Assembly (NCBI GenBank): GCA_965262645.1
Contig: CBDHFO010000017.1
Span: 1,252,134 to 1,316,133 of the forward strand
Reading direction: 5' to 3'
From: Candidatus Marinacidobacterium sp.
GTDB taxonomy: Bacteria > Acidobacteriota > Vicinamibacteria > Marinacidobacterales > Marinacidobacteraceae
Length of the DNA: 64,000 nt
Below the pieces are notes generated by a model. That model was given only the letters and a program-made list of their open reading frames with translations. It did no database searches and was not told where the DNA came from. Both the position numbers and the translations under genes were made by a program. Below, in pieces: positions 18,475 through 27,201 of the stretch; the first letter of the stretch is position 1, and each line of letters begins with the position of its first letter.

Positions 18475-20415
18475 ATGATCCAGCTCGTCGGGGTCTCGAA
18501 AGCCTACGGGGAACAGGTCCTGCTCCGTGAAGTGTCCTGGCAGGTCGGCAACGGCGATCGCATCGGTCTGGTCGGACCCAACGGATCCGGGAAATCCACC
18601 CTACTGAAGATTCTGGCGGGAAAAGTCCCGCTGGACGGCGGAAAAGTTGTGCTGGCCAAGGGCAAGCGGGTCGGATACCTGCCCCAGGACGGTCTCCAAC
18701 TGACGGGCCGCAGCGTCTTTGAAGAAGTACGCACTGCCTTCGCCGACCTGTTGCGGCTGCGCCGGGAGCAGGAGGAGGTAGCCGAGCGACTGTCCCGGAC
18801 GCGCGATGAGCCGGAACTCCTCGCACGCTACGGAGAACTGGAAGAGGAGTGGCAGCGCCGCGGCGGATACGAAATGGATGTCCGCATCAGCGAAGTGCTT
18901 TCCGGTCTGGGATTCGCCACCGCGGATCAGGACCGTCCCGTGGAAACCTTCAGCCAGGGTTGGCAGATGCGAATCGCCCTCGCCCGGTTGCTGGTCGAAG
19001 CGAACGATCTCGTTCTCCTCGATGAACCGACAAACTACCTGGACATCGAGGCCCGAACCTGGTTGCTCGGATTCCTCGCACGGCACCGCGGAGGACTGGT
19101 GCTGGTCGCCCACGACCGGTTTTTTCTCAATTCCGTGGTTACGCGGATCACCGAGATCGGGCTCGGTCGCCTTGGCAACTACCCCGGCAACTACAGTCGG
19201 TACGAGTCCCAACGGGCGGCAGAAATCGCCGACCTGCGGAAGCGGGCTGCTGAGCAGGCGGCCGAAATCGAACGTACCGAGCGCTTCATCAGCCGTTTCC
19301 GCTACCAGGCCAGCCGGGCGCGGCAGGTCCAGAGCCGGGTCCGCATGCTCGGAAAGATCGAGCGGATCGAAGTACCTCCCGAGCGTCGACGGGTAGCGCT
19401 GCGGCTGCCGCATCCGCCGCGCTCAGGCAGAATTCTCGTGACGCTTACCGGCATCGCAAGAGCGTTCGGGGATAACGAAGTCTTCCGCGGCGTGGATCTG
19501 GTCGTGGAGCGCGGCCAGCGCCTGGCGCTCGTCGGTCCGAACGGCGCCGGGAAATCCACCCTCATCCGTCTCATCGCCGGCGAGGACCCTCCAAATTCGG
19601 GAACGCGTGAACTCGGCCATAACGCCCGCATCGCCTACTACGGACCCGACCGGCACGACCTGGATCCCGCGCGTACCGTGCGGGAGACCATGGCCGACGC
19701 GGCGCCGCTCTCGATGCTTCCCGAGATTCGCAACATCCTGGGCGCGTTCCTGTTCTCCGGAGACACGGTGGAAAAAAAGACAGAGGTCCTGTCAGGAGGA
19801 GAACGAAGTCGACTGGCACTGGCTCGGCTGTTCCTTCGTCCCGCAAATCTCCTCTTGCTCGACGAGCCCACCAACCATCTCGATCTGGATGCCAAAGCAG
19901 CGCTGCTGAACGCCCTCTCGACCTATCAGGGAACCATCGTGTTCGTCGCCCACGACCGGCACTTCATGGACGCCCTCGCCACCCGGGTAGCGGCGATCGG
20001 CGGCGGCGGGGCGGCTCTTTACTGGGGCAACTATTCGGACTACCTCGCGAGAACCGGCCCGACGGCGCCCGCCGAGAAGCGGCCCCCGGCCCCTGACTCC
20101 CGGGCGGCCCGCGTGGCCAAGCGGCCGAAGCGGGATGCGAAGCAGAAGACGGTGGTTGGCGAGCGCCGGCCACCGGGCAAGAACCGCCTGCGACAATTAC
20201 GGCGCGAATGGCGGGAAGTGTTCGACACGATCGCGGACACGGAAGCGGCCGTCGAGAGCCTGGAAGCGCGCATGGCCGCTCCCGGCTTCTTCGGCGATCG
20301 CGATGGATCCCGGGAGGTCACCGCTACCTACGAGGATCTCAAGAGCCGATTGCCGTCTCTTTACGAAGAACTCGAAAGACTCGACCACGCCGTAGGCAGC
20401 CAGGGGGTCCGCTGA
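18475..20415 (+). CDS. ABC-F family ATPase (two ABC cassettes, no TM domain)
   Basis: Two Walker A motifs (GPNGSGKST, GPNGAGKST), two LSGG signatures (FSQGWQMR, LSGGERSR) and a charged linker plus C-terminal coiled tail. Confidence 0.85.
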   Translation: MIQLVGVSKAYGEQVLLREVSWQVGNGDRIGLVGPNGSGKSTLLKILAGKVPLDGGKVVLAKGKRVGYLPQDGLQLTGRSVFEEVRTAFADLLRLRREQEEVAERLSRTRDEPELLARYGELEEEWQRRGGYEMDVRISEVLSGLGFATADQDRPVETFSQGWQMRIALARLLVEANDLVLLDEPTNYLDIEARTWLLGFLARHRGGLVLVAHDRFFLNSVVTRITEIGLGRLGNYPGNYSRYESQRAAEIADLRKRAAEQAAEIERTERFISRFRYQASRARQVQSRVRMLGKIERIEVPPERRRVALRLPHPPRSGRILVTLTGIARAFGDNEVFRGVDLVVERGQRLALVGPNGAGKSTLIRLIAGEDPPNSGTRELGHNARIAYYGPDRHDLDPARTVRETMADAAPLSMLPEIRNILGAFLFSGDTVEKKTEVLSGGERSRLALARLFLRPANLLLLDEPTNHLDLDAKAALLNALSTYQGTIVFVAHDRHFMDALATRVAAIGGGGAALYWGNYSDYLARTGPTAPAEKRPPAPDSRAARVAKRPKRDAKQKTVVGERRPPGKNRLRQLRREWREVFDTIADTEAAVESLEARMAAPGFFGDRDGSREVTATYEDLKSRLPSLYEELERLDHAVGSQGVR

Positions 20416-20438
20416 GAGCCTCCCAACCAGCCCCGAAG

Positions 20439-21002
20439 CTAAGGCCCGGATCCCGCCTCTTCCAACTCCACACCGAGGCCGTTGGCCATGCGGTTCACGA
20501 AGCAGTAGTAGGAGGCCACCGCACACGCGTCATGGATGTCGCGGTCGGAAAGCCCGGCGTTCCGGAGCGGCGCGAGGTCTTCCTCGGCAAGACTCGCCGG
20601 AGTCCGCGCCAGCTTGATCGCGTAGTCAACGAGAGCCCGGCGTCGCAGCGGAAGGGAACATCCTTCGGGATCGCGGCGCAATGCGTCCACCAGTTCCGGA
20701 TCTCTCGTCAGCCGGAGAAGACCCCTCCGGTGATGCTCGATTCAATAGTGGCACTCGTTGACCACGGAAACGGCGACCGCAATCAGTTCCCGCTCCGCCA
20801 GCTCGAGCCCCGATTCGCCACGCATCAGGTGCTCGTACAGGGACAGGTGGTGCTCCAGCGTTTCGGGGTTCAAGCTGGATACCCCAAGGATGTTGTCCAC
20901 GAGGCCATCGGGACGCCGGTGTCGCCGGTAGAGAGTTCCGAGCCGCCCCGAACGGCCCTCGGGGGCGTCGGGGGAAATCATGCGGATCCAGGGCACTGGC
21001 AA
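20439..21002 (-). CDS. AhpD/CMD-family peroxidase-related protein with in-frame TGA at 20744..20742 read as selenocysteine (CxxU)
   Basis: ORFs 20742..21002 and 20439..20690 are in the same frame, separated only by one TGA. The joined product reads ...LIAVAVSVVNECHY-[TGA]-IEHH.... The TGA therefore replaces the second Cys of the N-x-C-x-Y-C motif of the peroxidase-related CMD family. A hairpin follows (next feature). Confidence 0.7.
20708..20733 (-). promoter_or_regulatory. candidate bacterial SECIS hairpin
   Basis: mRNA sense: UGA-AUCGAGCA-UCA CCGGAG GGGUCUU CUCCGG C UGA. A 6-bp GC-rich core stem starts 11 nt after the UGA and is extendable by 3 bp across a bulged C. The apical loop contains GGUCU, like the GGUC loop of E. 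coli fdhF SECIS (from memory). Confidence 0.55.
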
Positions 21003-21025
21003 CCCGAAGCGTAGGATACTGGCCG

Positions 21026-21511
21026 ATGCTGCGTATCTCGTGCGACGGCTCCTGCCTCGGAAACCCCGGGCCGGGCGGCTGGGCGGCGGTGATCCTTTCG
21101 GGCGCTGGGGAGGAACGCACTCTTTCTGGCGGCGAACCGCAGACCACGAACAACCGGATGGAACTCACCGCCGCGATTCGGGCCGTGGAAGCCGTTCCGG
21201 ACGGAATACCCGCGACCGTGATCTGTGACAGCCAGTACGTGGTCAAGGGCATTACCGAATGGCTTCCGTCGTGGATACGTCGCGGCTGGCAGACGGCTGG
21301 CCGGCGCCCCGTGAAGAACGCCGACCTGTGGCGACGACTGGCAAACGCGCGCGCGAAGCGGCCCGCAGTTCGGTTCGAGTGGGTTCGGGGTCATTCCGGG
21401 CACCCGGGGAATGAACGGGCCCATGAACTCGCTTCGGAAGAAGCCATCCGGCAGAAACAGCAAACGCCAAACCGCCACCGAAGCGGTCGCCTCTTCCCTC
21501 CTAGCGGATAG
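21026..21511 (+). CDS. rnhA: ribonuclease HI
   Basis: CDGSCLGNPGPGGWAAV...TNNRMEL.A...DSQYV...W..W..NG W....V.N.DLW...W.WVRGHSGHPGNERAHELA, the canonical RNase H fold motifs (DEDD residues). Confidence 0.85.
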   Translation: MLRISCDGSCLGNPGPGGWAAVILSGAGEERTLSGGEPQTTNNRMELTAAIRAVEAVPDGIPATVICDSQYVVKGITEWLPSWIRRGWQTAGRRPVKNADLWRRLANARAKRPAVRFEWVRGHSGHPGNERAHELASEEAIRQKQQTPNRHRSGRLFPPSG

Positions 21512-21524
21512 ACTCGGGGCGTTC

Positions 21525-22475
21525 GTGCGCGAATACCGGTTCCTTCAGGCGGACGTTTTTACCGACCAGGCGTTCGCGGGGAATCCGCTGGCCATCGTTA
21601 CCGACGCCGAGGGGCTCTCCGGCGAAGACATGCAGCGGATCGCGGCAGAAATGAACCTGTCGGAAACCGCGTTCGTACTCCCGCCGACCGATGTGCAGGC
21701 GCTCTGCCGCCTTCGGATCTTCACTCCCAACACCGAACTTCCACTGGCGGGGCACCCCGTCGTGGGAACGGTCTTTGTGCTCGCCCGGCGCGGGGAACTG
21801 GGGCTTGGTGAGAAGCTCAGGAACCTCGGAACGGGTGTCCATCGAATCCATCAGGAATGCGGCGCCGGGGTGCTCCCAGTGGATATCCGCGTCTCGGGCG
21901 GTGCCGTGCAACAGGTCGTAATGACGCAGGCGCCTCCACGTTTCTTCGCCGAGTTCGCGGACCGAAACTCCCTCGCCGCCTGCCTCGGAATCGGCGCCGA
22001 TGAAGTCCTGCCCGACGACCGGCCGGCACAGGTCGTTTCGACGGCGCTCCCTCAGTTGCTGGTGCCGGTACGGTCGCTTCGCAGCATCGAAAAGCTGGAG
22101 CTCGATGCGATGGCGGCGCAGGCCTTGCTCAACAGGGAGGAAATCGGCTCCGACTGCATGATGGTCTTCTCCACCCAGTGCGTCGACGAGGAGAACGCTG
22201 CTCACGCCCGGATGTTCGCTCCGGGACTCGGAGTGACCGAGGACCCGGCGACCGGGAGTGCCGCGGGGGCGCTGGGCGCCTGGCTCGTCCGGCATGGATT
22301 GGTGAAGGACGGCGATCGGGATCCGGTCCGTCTGGTAATTGAACAGGGCTACGAGATCGGACGCCCCAGCTCGATCCATGTGGAGGTCGAGCGCGAGAAC
22401 GGCCAACCCTCCCTGGTGCGCGTCGGCGGCCAGGCGGTCGAGGTCGCCGAAGGGGTACTGCGGATTCCGGACTAG
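21525..22475 (+). CDS. PhzF-family isomerase/epimerase-like protein
   Basis: FLQADVFTDQAFAGNPLAIV...MQRIAAEMNLSETAFV... and C-terminal EDPATGSAAGALGAWL are typical of PhzF. The start is set at the in-frame GTG just after the rnhA stop and is uncertain. Confidence 0.7.
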   Translation: MREYRFLQADVFTDQAFAGNPLAIVTDAEGLSGEDMQRIAAEMNLSETAFVLPPTDVQALCRLRIFTPNTELPLAGHPVVGTVFVLARRGELGLGEKLRNLGTGVHRIHQECGAGVLPVDIRVSGGAVQQVVMTQAPPRFFAEFADRNSLAACLGIGADEVLPDDRPAQVVSTALPQLLVPVRSLRSIEKLELDAMAAQALLNREEIGSDCMMVFSTQCVDEENAAHARMFAPGLGVTEDPATGSAAGALGAWLVRHGLVKDGDRDPVRLVIEQGYEIGRPSSIHVEVERENGQPSLVRVGGQAVEVAEGVLRIPD

Positions 22476-22482
22476 CCCCGGG

Positions 22483-23051
22483 CTAGCCCGGATTTCTCAT
22501 ACTCGGGAGCGCTCGCCGAGTCGCAGAAGGCGCCACGCGGACGCTGAACATGGCGCATGGCGCCCATGCCACCAAGCGGAGCGACGCGCAGGCAAGGGAG
22601 CCCCCACCGGGAGAACTGGGCCGACCTCTGGCCAGTTCTCCCGGTGGGGGCCGGTACCGCCCCGCGCAGCGGGGCGAGCGGCGCAGATCTGAGTGAGCGG
22701 AAGCGCGGCCGGGCACCGGAACGCCACCTCCTGGGATGGGGACAGTGCCGAGACCTGAACCATCCCGGTGTGCGGCGATACGCGACTCCGCCCGCCTCCG
22801 GCGGGCTGTGCCGGGCCCCACCGGGAGAACTGCCCGGAGGTCGGCGTTCCCTGACTGGCGGCACCATCTGGATGGTGGCGTACCTGTGAGACCTGCTCTT
22901 TCGCAGCAACGCGCTGGAAGTCGGCGTTCCCTATCCGACACGCCGTCAGGTGGGTCGGGATCCGCGTTTCACATGGAACCGTCTTCCTCGTCAACAGGTT
23001 GCGGTTCCGCGGGGTGCGCTTCGGGCCGTGAGTATGAGAAATGCGGACTAG
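22483..23051. mobile_element. F3: 569-bp non-coding element with about 20-bp terminal inverted repeats (MITE-like), carrying three core boxes
   Basis: Left end CTAGCCCGGATTTCTCATACTC. The right end reverse-complements to CTAGTCCGCATTTCTCATACTC. Internal inverted core-box doublet at 22601..22650. Direct repeat GGA(G/A)GTCGGCGTTCCCT at 22836 and 22916. No credible ORF. It fills the whole gap between two convergent genes. Confidence 0.6.
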
Positions 23052-23062
23052 CGGCCTACGGA

Positions 23063-24676
23063 TCAGCGATAGTTGATTCGTTCACCGGGCAGCGGCGGAG
23101 TGTGCTCGGGCACCCGGTGCGCCTTCACTCGCTGCTCGAACGCGTAACCGATCGCGAGGAGTCGCGGCTCGCTGAACGCCCGGCCAAGGAAAGAAATGCC
23201 TACCGGCAAGCCGCCGCCGGTGAACCCGGCAGGAACGATCAAGTCCGGGAACCCGCTCATGTTCGCAAGGCGCGTGGGAGACGGTCCATAGAGATCCGAG
23301 GGGCGGCGATCAATCAGCGCCGGTCGTGTCGACGAAGTCGGATACACGATGGCGTCCAGTTCCTCCTGGTCCATCAGGCCCTCGACAAGTGAACGGACCA
23401 GCGGCAGGGCGTGTTCTCGCACGGCAATGTGCGCGTAGTCCGTGACCTCCCCGCTTGCGTTTTCGCGCAGGAAAAGGCTCCAGCGGCTCGGATTCGGACG
23501 AAGTCCGTCCCGATGGGAAGGCAAAGCCATCGAACGGTCCACGAGTTCGTCCAGCGTCCTGGGGTAGCCCTCGCCGAGACCTCCCAGATACTCCGCGATC
23601 TGCCCGCGAAACTCCGCCCAGCGGACGGTCGTGTAGAAGTCGCTCTCAACCTCCAGGAGCCATCCCGGGAATCGAACATCGACGACTTCGGCGCCAGCGT
23701 CGCGCATCGCGTCGAGGCCCGCTTCGATGGCCCAGTCCACCTCGCGATCAACCCCCATGAAGTCGCGGGCTACGCCGAGGCGAGCCCCCGCGAGGGCGTC
23801 GGAATCCAGGAACTGGGTGTAGTCGTCATGGAACTTCCCGGCGCTTCTCGACGTCGCCGCGTCAGCCTCATCCACCCCGACCATGGTTCCCAGCGAAACC
23901 GCGACGTCGTAGACACTACGCGCCATCGGGCCGCCGGTGTCGAAGGAAAGGGCAAGCGGCACGATGCCGTCACGACTGAGGAGCCCAAGCGTCGGCTTGA
24001 GCCCGGCAAGTCCGTTCGCAGTGGAAGGCCCGCGGATAGATCCCCCGGTGTCCGAGCCCAGTCCGACGAAGGCGTAGCCGGCAGCAACGGCCGCACCGGT
24101 CCCACCCGACGATCCGGAGGGGGTGCGGGCCGGATCGTGCGGGTTCCGGGTGATCCCGCCGAGCGAACTCATGGCGCCGCCGGAAGCGAATTCGCTGAGA
24201 TTCACCTTGGCCAGCACAATGGCGCCGGCCTCCCTCAGTTTCCGCACCACGAAAGCATCGTCCGGGGGAAGCGAATCCTGAAGCAGGAAAGATCCCGCGG
24301 TGGTCGGGATATCCGCGGTGTCGAAATTGTCCTTGAGGACGACCGGGATTCCGTGGAGGGGCGAACGGCGCCCCGACCGCTCCCGCTCGGCGTCCAACTC
24401 GCGGGCTCGCTCCCGGGCGTTGGGATTCAGCGAAATGACGGCGTTGATGCGTGGCCCCTGATCGTCGTAGGCGGCGATCCGGGCAAGGCACAACTCAACG
24501 AGCCGTTCGGCGGTCAGTGCGCCGGCATCCACTGCCTCGTTGATCTCGGCGATCGTGGCCGAAGTGAGGTCTATTTCCCGCGCTTGCCAGGCGTCGGAGC
24601 GGGTGACGGACAGCAGGACGAGGGTGACAAGCACCCCGCCCCGAAAGACGGAAGGGGTCGGCAGCACAAGACGCAT
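23063..24676 (-). CDS. amidase-signature family amidase, secreted (paralogue of 8608..10143)
   Basis: GGSSGGTGAAVAAGYAFVGLGSDTGGSIRGPS signature. Signal-like MRLVLPTPSVFRGGVLVTLVLLSV from the ATG at 24676. Collinear with the first amidase (ARI.AYDDQGP..NAV...NP...). Confidence 0.8.
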   Translation of the reverse strand: MRLVLPTPSVFRGGVLVTLVLLSVTRSDAWQAREIDLTSATIAEINEAVDAGALTAERLVELCLARIAAYDDQGPRINAVISLNPNARERARELDAERERSGRRSPLHGIPVVLKDNFDTADIPTTAGSFLLQDSLPPDDAFVVRKLREAGAIVLAKVNLSEFASGGAMSSLGGITRNPHDPARTPSGSSGGTGAAVAAGYAFVGLGSDTGGSIRGPSTANGLAGLKPTLGLLSRDGIVPLALSFDTGGPMARSVYDVAVSLGTMVGVDEADAATSRSAGKFHDDYTQFLDSDALAGARLGVARDFMGVDREVDWAIEAGLDAMRDAGAEVVDVRFPGWLLEVESDFYTTVRWAEFRGQIAEYLGGLGEGYPRTLDELVDRSMALPSHRDGLRPNPSRWSLFLRENASGEVTDYAHIAVREHALPLVRSLVEGLMDQEELDAIVYPTSSTRPALIDRRPSDLYGPSPTRLANMSGFPDLIVPAGFTGGGLPVGISFLGRAFSEPRLLAIGYAFEQRVKAHRVPEHTPPLPGERINYR

Positions 24677-24863
24677 CGCGCCATCGTACCCGCGTATCCG
24701 TCGAGCGCTCCCCGGACGGAACCACCGGTGGCGTCGAGTTAGCGCCTGTCGTCTTCGGTTGAGTGGCCTGGGCTGCGTGGCGATACACCACTCGCCTCCA
24801 GGGAGGTAGGCGATGAGCCGGCTCGCGTTGCCGGCCAACCTCCGGAGATGGCGGCCGGGAGCG

Positions 24864-25104
24864 CTAACAGCCTGTGGTGGAACCCGGGTGAGCGCCGAGA
24901 GCGGTGAGGCCCAGTTCTCCCGGTGGGGGTCCGGCTGACAAGGCGCGTGAGGGAGGAATACCGGGTGTATTTCGACCGAAACGCAACGCAGAACGCCAGT
25001 TCTCCCGGTGGGGGGGCGAAGCGGAGTGGTTCAGCCGGGATGCATCGCCGCTCGAGCCCCCACCGGGAGAACTGGGCCGCCTGGGTTTCACCACAGGCTG
25101 TTAA
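24864..25104 (+). repeat. F1 hairpin repeat, copy 6, forward orientation, three core boxes
   Basis: CTAACAGCCTGTGGTGGAACCCGGGTGAGCGCCGAGAGCGG...GAGGGAGGAATACCGGGTGTATTTCGACCGAAACGCAACGCAGAAC...GGGTTTCACCACAGGCTGTTAA. Confidence 0.9.
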
Positions 25105-26135
25105 CCCACGGAAACGCGGAGGCGCGGATCCTGGCGGAGCCGGAGAAGCGCTTCGGTCTCGAGCTGCCGCACCCGTTCCCGGGTCAGGTGAAGCTCACGC
25201 CCGATCTCCTCGAGGTTCGCCTCACCGCCACCCAGAATCCCGAAGCGTCGCTTGAGCACATGCTGCAACCGATCGGGGAGGTCCGAAATGGCATCCCGGA
25301 CGTGGCGGCGCTGTTCGGCATCGGTGACACCTTCGATCGGATTCAACTGATCCGGATCGGGAGTCAGCGCGATCCGCGGCGTCCCATCAGGAACCAACGG
25401 CGCATCAAGGGAGTCAATCTGCGGCACCGAACGGAGCGCATCCTTGAGCCTGTCCGCGGGCACTCCTATCTCGCGAGCGATGTCGTCGGCCGTCGGGAAT
25501 TGCCGCTTCCCGCGTCGCGCAGGATCGTTCCGGTACCGCTGCTCGAGTTCCGCCCGAACCTTGGAAGCCTTGCGGTGAAGATCCAGCTTGTTGATAGGAA
25601 CCTTGATCGTGCGTGACTTTTGGGAAAGTGCACGCCAGATCGCCTGCCGAATCCACCACGTCGCATAGGTCGAGAACTTCAGATTGCGCTCCGGCTCGAA
25701 CTTGCGAACCGCCTGCATGAGTCCGATGTTGCCTTCCTGGATGAGATCGCCCAGCGGGAGCCCCTTGCCTCGGGACTGCTTGGCAATGGAGATGACGAGG
25801 CGCAGGTTCCCCTCGATCATCTTTTCCCGGTTCTTGTAGAAGGCACTAAGGTCCTGGTTCGCCGGATCCTCGGTGCCCTCAATGCCGCGAAGGGCTTGCT
25901 GCATGGCGCGGCTGTAGCGCTGCTCGTCATTCTTGGTGAGCAGCCGGTGCCGGTGCGTATCCCGCAGATAGAGCCCCATCGAGTCCAGATCGCCGGTCTG
26001 GTGGGTATCTGGAGCGAGGCCGAGTTCTCGAGCCTCATCCAACTCATCCTCAGTGGACTCTTCCTCTTCCTCCTCGAGATCGAAAGCCTCGTCGACGAAC
26101 TCAATGGTTTCGTAGTCTGTAGTCGTAGGGTCCAT
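25101..26135 (-). CDS. RNA polymerase sigma-70 family factor (group 1/2-like)
   Basis: Acidic N-terminus, then [37 protein letters not shown] (region 2) and [18 protein letters not shown] (region 4.2). GGAGGG lies 5 nt before the ATG at 26135. The TAA stop is the TTAA terminus of F1 copy 6. Confidence 0.85.
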   Translation of the reverse strand: MDPTTTDYETIEFVDEAFDLEEEEEESTEDELDEARELGLAPDTHQTGDLDSMGLYLRDTHRHRLLTKNDEQRYSRAMQQALRGIEGTEDPANQDLSAFYKNREKMIEGNLRLVISIAKQSRGKGLPLGDLIQEGNIGLMQAVRKFEPERNLKFSTYATWWIRQAIWRALSQKSRTIKVPINKLDLHRKASKVRAELEQRYRNDPARRGKRQFPTADDIAREIGVPADRLKDALRSVPQIDSLDAPLVPDGTPRIALTPDPDQLNPIEGVTDAEQRRHVRDAISDLPDRLQHVLKRRFGILGGGEANLEEIGRELHLTRERVRQLETEALLRLRQDPRLRVSVG

Positions 26136-26324
26136 GACGCCCTCCTGGCAACTCCTGATTTGACCTACTTTGTGTCTAGACAAGGTAAGCACGCAGCGTG
26201 CCATCCTTGCCAATCTAACCGCTCCGTCTCCAAGCGGAACGACCCTAATAACGCCGCATCCGAACCAAGCGTTCCCTTCCCGCTGGATGGAACCTTCGAA
26301 TCGCTCCGGCGGGGCCGGAACGGT

Positions 26325-27041
26325 TCAGCCCGCCGGAGGCGGCTCGGAAAGCGGCAATCGCACGATGCTGGCGTTGGACTTCAACTCGTCCACCCAAGCG
26401 GAAATCCGCCGGTTCAGATCGCGCTGTCCAAGTATATTCCGAATCAGGCTCTCCACTTCACCCAAAGTTGCCGGTGAACCGGGATCCAGATCCGGAAGCA
26501 GCACGGTCCCGTAGTACTCCTCGACTTCGCGCTGGGCGACCTGGACCAGAGGCCGGAAACGGCGGTCCACATATCGGTCCACGATCAGCTCCCTCTGGAT
26601 TCGTTTCCGCAGATAGTCCTCGGCAATGCCGAGGCGCCGCAGTGTGGCCCGATAGTCCTCCGGGGTCGCAAACCGGTCCATGAGAGCCCGCAGCGTCGCC
26701 TCGCTTTCCTCTTCGGAAGGCGGCTCTTGCGGATACCGCCGTGCCTCATGTTCCATGAGCCGTGCATCGATCAGGCGATCCAGAGCCTCTGCAAGAGCGG
26801 GCGGCGGTCTGACTCCCGGCATGAGCGCGATCGCCTCGAGGACTTCAGAGAACGTAATCGGTTCGCCGTTGACGACCGCGAGCACCCGATCGATCCCTCC
26901 GGGCTCCGAAGCTCGCTGGGTTTGCCGCAGCGCCCCCGGGCCGCCGCTTCCGGAAGCCGCCGGGGCGGGGCAAAACACCGAGGCGGCGGCGACCATTGCG
27001 AGACGAGCGGCCCACCGACCAGCGTACGGTGAGTACTTCAC
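26325..27041 (-). CDS. SurA N-terminal-domain-like periplasmic chaperone
   Basis: Signal-like start (GTG at 27041: VKYSPYAGRWAARLAMVAAASVF). ...VLAVVNGEPITFSEV...IDARLMEHEA... matches the SurA_N style. Lies directly downstream of bamA. Start is uncertain. Confidence 0.5.
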   Translation of the reverse strand: MKYSPYAGRWAARLAMVAAASVFCPAPAASGSGGPGALRQTQRASEPGGIDRVLAVVNGEPITFSEVLEAIALMPGVRPPPALAEALDRLIDARLMEHEARRYPQEPPSEEESEATLRALMDRFATPEDYRATLRRLGIAEDYLRKRIQRELIVDRYVDRRFRPLVQVAQREVEEYYGTVLLPDLDPGSPATLGEVESLIRNILGQRDLNRRISAWVDELKSNASIVRLPLSEPPPAG

Positions 27042-27117
27042 GCTCTGCGGGCCTCCGGGCCGCGTCCGAACCGACACACCTGGACAGTCTGGCACAGCCC
27101 CGCCGAAAGCGTGCGTC

Positions 27118-27193
27118 TTACAGCCTGTGGTGGAACCCGCGTGAGCGCCGAGGCTGGCCAGTTCTCCCGGTGGGGGCGAGGCGCCCGGCTGAA
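27118..27193 (+). repeat. F1 repeat, copy 7 (left arm only)
   Basis: TTACAGCCTGTGGTGGAACCCGCGTGAGCGCCGAGGCTGGCCAGTTCTCCCGGTGGGGGCGAGGCGCCCGGCTGA, then homology stops. Confidence 0.8.
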
Positions 27194-27201
27194 ATCGCCC
27201 G

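Noticed and set aside
20439-21002. Reading the two AhpD-like ORFs as a pseudogene or two separate small genes
   Set aside because: The single interrupting codon is TGA, in frame, exactly at the second Cys of the CxxC motif, and followed by a SECIS-like hairpin. Both halves keep family-like sequence with no other lesions. The selenoprotein reading is preferred but remains unproven without sel genes.
22472-22994. ORFs of 145-165 aa on the minus strand and 110-218 aa on the plus strand inside the F3 element
   Set aside because: They overlap each other in several frames, are Arg/Pro/Gly-rich and are built from core-box and hairpin sequence. There is no start context or family motif.
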